Source: a virus (Duplodnaviria > Caudoviricetes). Taken from it: 48,209 nucleotides of DNA. The translations under genes were made by a program, and so were the position numbers. Under the pieces are notes generated by a model that had not been told where the DNA came from, made no database searches, and saw only the letters and a program-made list of their open reading frames with translations. Every line of letters starts with the position of its first letter. The first letter of the stretch is position 1. The DNA is taken from IMG/VR virus record IMGVR_UViG_3300020358_000010, positions 1-48,209 of that record. One strand, written 5' to 3'. Of the stretch, positions 45,680-48,209 are shown one piece after another.

Positions 45680-45884
45680 ACAATTAGAAGAGGAAGGGTA
45701 CTACGTTATTAAACTTACTGTTACCAACAAGAATGGGATACCGGACTTGATAGCTATACCAAAAGATTCAAATGTTTTATTTGTTGAATGTAAAACCAAG
45801 GAAGGAAGAGTATCAGAGTTACAAAAATATAGACACAAAGAATTAAAAGATTATGCTGAGACAGAAATATATAGGGGAGAATAA
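45645..45884 (+). CDS. VRR-NUC nuclease (resolvase-like)
   Basis: E.KIQ, GIPDLIA and FVECKT.EGRVSELQ motifs. Confidence 0.85.
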   Translation: MTEQKIQKKRIKQLEEEGYYVIKLTVTNKNGIPDLIAIPKDSNVLFVECKTKEGRVSELQKYRHKELKDYAETEIYRGE

Positions 45885-46230
45885 ACACTATGAAATAGAT
45901 GAGTCGTTCATAGAAAAAATACGTGATATGCCTAGACCAATAGGTATAGATATAGCTATACAGGTAGATGAGGTAGCCTCTGATTTGCCTTCTTTAAACT
46001 CTTGGCAACAGAATATTGCAGGAGTTTCACACATTGATAAAGAACCATTCTTTTTTATTATAGAATATTTTCATGAAGAAGATGAGGCTCCAATATTTTT
46101 TGACATAAACGAGATAGATGTAAACGAATACTTAGATTTATATAATAATAATAAAATAATTAAATTAAATGATAACAGATACACAGATGAACACCTTGAA
46201 AAGAATAATCAATGCGGAGCTACAACTTGA
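45853..46230 (+). CDS. Acidic hypothetical protein
   Basis: Overlapping operon ORF. Confidence 0.55.
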   Translation: MLRQKYIGENKHYEIDESFIEKIRDMPRPIGIDIAIQVDEVASDLPSLNSWQQNIAGVSHIDKEPFFFIIEYFHEEDEAPIFFDINEIDVNEYLDLYNNNKIIKLNDNRYTDEHLEKNNQCGATT

Positions 46231-46561
46231 TATTCTAAAAAAGGATAGGTCAATGCCATATGTAAACGGAAGATTAATATTTTCATACATACTACAAAAG
46301 AAGGGTGTTACATATCAAAGAATAGGTGCTCATCTAGGTAAAAATCACGCAACAATAATTCATTCTGTTAAAAATGCAGAGCACTATCTCAAGCATGAGC
46401 CGCAGCTAAAAGGAATCTATAATGTATGTAAAACTATATTTGAGTATGAACATAATCCTGTACTAGAATATACTTATGACGAGTTGCTTAAAGCTTACTT
46501 AGACTTGGAGTTAAAGTTATATAATGTTGAATGCGAACTACATAATGAACAACAAAAATAA
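46169..46561 (+). CDS. Second DnaA domain IV-like HTH protein
   Basis: KKDR..PYV.GR.IF.YIL...G.TY.RIG.HLGKNHATIIHSVK. Confidence 0.72.
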   Translation: MITDTQMNTLKRIINAELQLDILKKDRSMPYVNGRLIFSYILQKKGVTYQRIGAHLGKNHATIIHSVKNAEHYLKHEPQLKGIYNVCKTIFEYEHNPVLEYTYDELLKAYLDLELKLYNVECELHNEQQK

Positions 46562-46616
46562 AAAAAAATAAAAATGCTTGCGTAGATAATTAAATTTATA
46601 TTAAATTTAACACACA

Positions 46617-46802
46617 ATGATAACAGCACTTGACTATGAAAGGATTAGTTACATCAATGATTTGATGCACAACCTCAACTCAAGTAGTTCTGAAATATAC
46701 GAGTCACTTTGTGACAGAGAGTATAAAGATACAAAGAAAGCCATAAGCGATATGCAAATTCAACTTAAGTCATTGAGCGATTCTCTTAATGAAGATTTCT
46801 AA
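46617..46802 (+). CDS. Hypothetical protein
   Basis: 61-aa ORF after an AT-rich spacer. Confidence 0.55.
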   Translation: MITALDYERISYINDLMHNLNSSSSEIYESLCDREYKDTKKAISDMQIQLKSLSDSLNEDF

Positions 46803-47196
46803 AACCTGTAGACAATGTAAAGAAGTTAAGAACATGTCAGAGTTTTATGGCTCAGGGCACGTAAGTCTTGCAGGAAAAGAAACAAAAGCCACGCTATGTA
46901 AGTCATGTAAGAGAGCTTATAACAGGGAAAGAAATAATAAAATAAGAACTTGGATAAAGAATTATAAAAGTTCAAGAGGGTGTGAAAAATGTGGATACTC
47001 AATTAAAACACATTCAAGTTTTACTACTTCTGCTTTAGAGTTTCATCACGCACAAGACAATAAAAAATTTGCGATTGGGAATGCTCAAGAGCTAGGGTAC
47101 TCTATTGAAAGTATACAGAAAGAAATAAACAAATGCGTACTACTATGCTCTAGATGTCACGCAGAGCTACATTCAAATGAAAGACATAATTTATGA
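46789..47196 (+). CDS. HNH endonuclease-like protein with zinc fingers
   Basis: CRQC/CKSC, CEKCG, LEFHH and EI.KC.LLCSRCHAELH motifs. Confidence 0.75.
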   Translation: MKISKTCRQCKEVKNMSEFYGSGHVSLAGKETKATLCKSCKRAYNRERNNKIRTWIKNYKSSRGCEKCGYSIKTHSSFTTSALEFHHAQDNKKFAIGNAQELGYSIESIQKEINKCVLLCSRCHAELHSNERHNL

Positions 47197-47612
47197 GCAC
47201 AAGGTTTGAGACCAACAAAGATTTAAGTAGAGAGAAAAAAGCTATAGAATATTTTGTAAAAAAGTTTAATGGCAGCTTTAAAAAGTTAGACCCAAACGAT
47301 ATTGACTACAAGGTTTTTGATAAGGAAGGAAAACTTATTGCATATGCCGAAGTCAAAGGAAGATACAAGACTATTTCTAATTCCTATCCCTTGCCTGTTG
47401 CGTGTAGAAAAATAGTAAAGCTTTGTGACAAAAGATTAAACCCTGTTATTATATGGGCATGTGATGATGGTATAGTTTATGGGCAGCCATCACAGATAGA
47501 AGGTAATATAAAGTGGGGTGGTCGTAAGCCAAGAGAAGGAGCTGTAAATGACCAAGAGCTTATGATTTATTATCCTAAACAAAAAACATTAAGGTACCAT
47601 ACGTACCACTAA
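47193..47612 (+). CDS. PD-(D/E)XK nuclease-like protein
   Basis: E..A...IDY....AYAEVKGR. Confidence 0.6.
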   Translation: MSTRFETNKDLSREKKAIEYFVKKFNGSFKKLDPNDIDYKVFDKEGKLIAYAEVKGRYKTISNSYPLPVACRKIVKLCDKRLNPVIIWACDDGIVYGQPSQIEGNIKWGGRKPREGAVNDQELMIYYPKQKTLRYHTYH

Positions 47613-47623
47613 ACTACAGCTAT

Positions 47624-47866
47624 ATGATTGAATCTATAATAGAACACTACGATGAAGAAGAATTTTTAAAAGCTGATGGCTTTGATGACGCAATCATTGG
47701 AGTAGATGAAAAAGAAATGAGACTAATATACTCTGTCTCTAAGAGCCTTATAATATTAGAGGAAGACATGAGTCCATTGGATGCACTTGAGCACTTTACA
47801 TACAACGTAAGTGGCTCATACGTTGGAAAGAAAACTCCTATATGGTGTTGGGATATATATGATTAA
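47624..47866 (+). CDS. Conserved-looking hypothetical phage protein
   Basis: LKADGFDDAIIGV...Y...DALEHF.YNV.GSYVG..TP motif. Confidence 0.7.
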   Translation: MIESIIEHYDEEEFLKADGFDDAIIGVDEKEMRLIYSVSKSLIILEEDMSPLDALEHFTYNVSGSYVGKKTPIWCWDIYD

Positions 47867-48021
47867 GATTTTAAATATCTTTTCCTTGGTTTTAAACCTC
47901 TAGGTTTTTTTATATCTTTAGTAAATCCGTCTGTCGCATGGTAGAGTCTTACTTGTTTATCAGTAAATACCCTACCACTTGGACTAACGTTTCTATTCTC
48001 TCCTTCTTTTTTGAATGGCAT
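47863..48021 (-). CDS. Small basic protein (52 aa), last gene of the minus-strand arm
   Basis: My translation MPFKKEGENRNVSPSGRVFTDKQVRLYHATDGF...; convergent with the early arm. Confidence 0.55.
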   Translation of the reverse strand: MPFKKEGENRNVSPSGRVFTDKQVRLYHATDGFTKDIKKPRGLKPRKRYLKS

Positions 48022-48023
48022 AT

Positions 48024-48209
48024 CTAGTTAGTTCTTCTTTGTCTAGTAGGTCTTTCTCTCCTGTTTGATGTAGGTCTTTCTCTACGAGACAATGTTTCAG
48101 CTTGTTTCTTTTTTCTTTCCTGCTCCTTATAATACTTAGCATTCTGCTCTTGTATACTAGGACCTGAAGAAGAACTCTTCTTATTTTTTGGACCTGATAT
48201 TACATAGTC
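48024..48209 (-). CDS. C-terminus of a protein entering from beyond the window (possibly a large ejection protein)
   Basis: Open frame from the edge to TAG at 48024-48026, ending RRERPTSNRRERPTRQRRTN. Confidence 0.45.
   Translation of the reverse strand, partial: DYVISGPKNKKSSSSGPSIQEQNAKYYKEQERKKKQAETLSRRERPTSNRRERPTRQRRTN

Noticed and set aside
45883-45898. AAACACT-ATG leader suggesting another gene start
   Set aside because: The ATG is followed by AAA TAG; it is a chance match inside 45853..46230.
1-48209. Stop-codon reassignment as in some crAss-like phages
   Set aside because: Long genes are intact under the standard bacterial code, and TAG and TGA both end genes at sensible boundaries (e.g. 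capsid and ardC end in TAG).

Overview
This window is most of a lytic, podovirus-type (crAss-like / Flavobacteria-phage-like) bacteriophage genome with an AT-rich sequence. Many TAnnTTTG (-7) promoter boxes point to a Bacteroidota host. Positions 1-30.2 kb are a minus-strand late module: GroEL/GroES, a cluster of small Lys-rich proteins, fibre/spike proteins, lysis genes, a tandem GroES-like protein, terminase, portal, scaffold, major capsid, tail ring/muzzle proteins and the start of the ejection-protein cluster. A non-coding strand switch at about 30.2-31.0 kb leads into a plus-strand early/replication module: ArdC, many small ORFs, two stand-alone DnaA domain IV-like proteins, an annealase, a RecE-like nuclease, an SSB-like protein, a primase-SF3 helicase, an SNF2 helicase, VRR-NUC and HNH proteins. 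No DNA polymerase or integrase is visible. The most notable signal is a set of RNA elements between the early genes: a type III hammerhead ribozyme just upstream of ardC, three anticodon-less tRNA mimics (12-bp acceptor/T stack, TTCGA loop, R-CTA end), three GGGAGC/GCTCCC hairpins and a structured leader. Together these suggest an RNA-level system that cuts the early transcript into units. Also seen are two homologous iteron+IHF origin-like loci, a split muzzle gene and apparent GATC/CCAG avoidance. All calls come from reading motifs by eye; no database searches were run.
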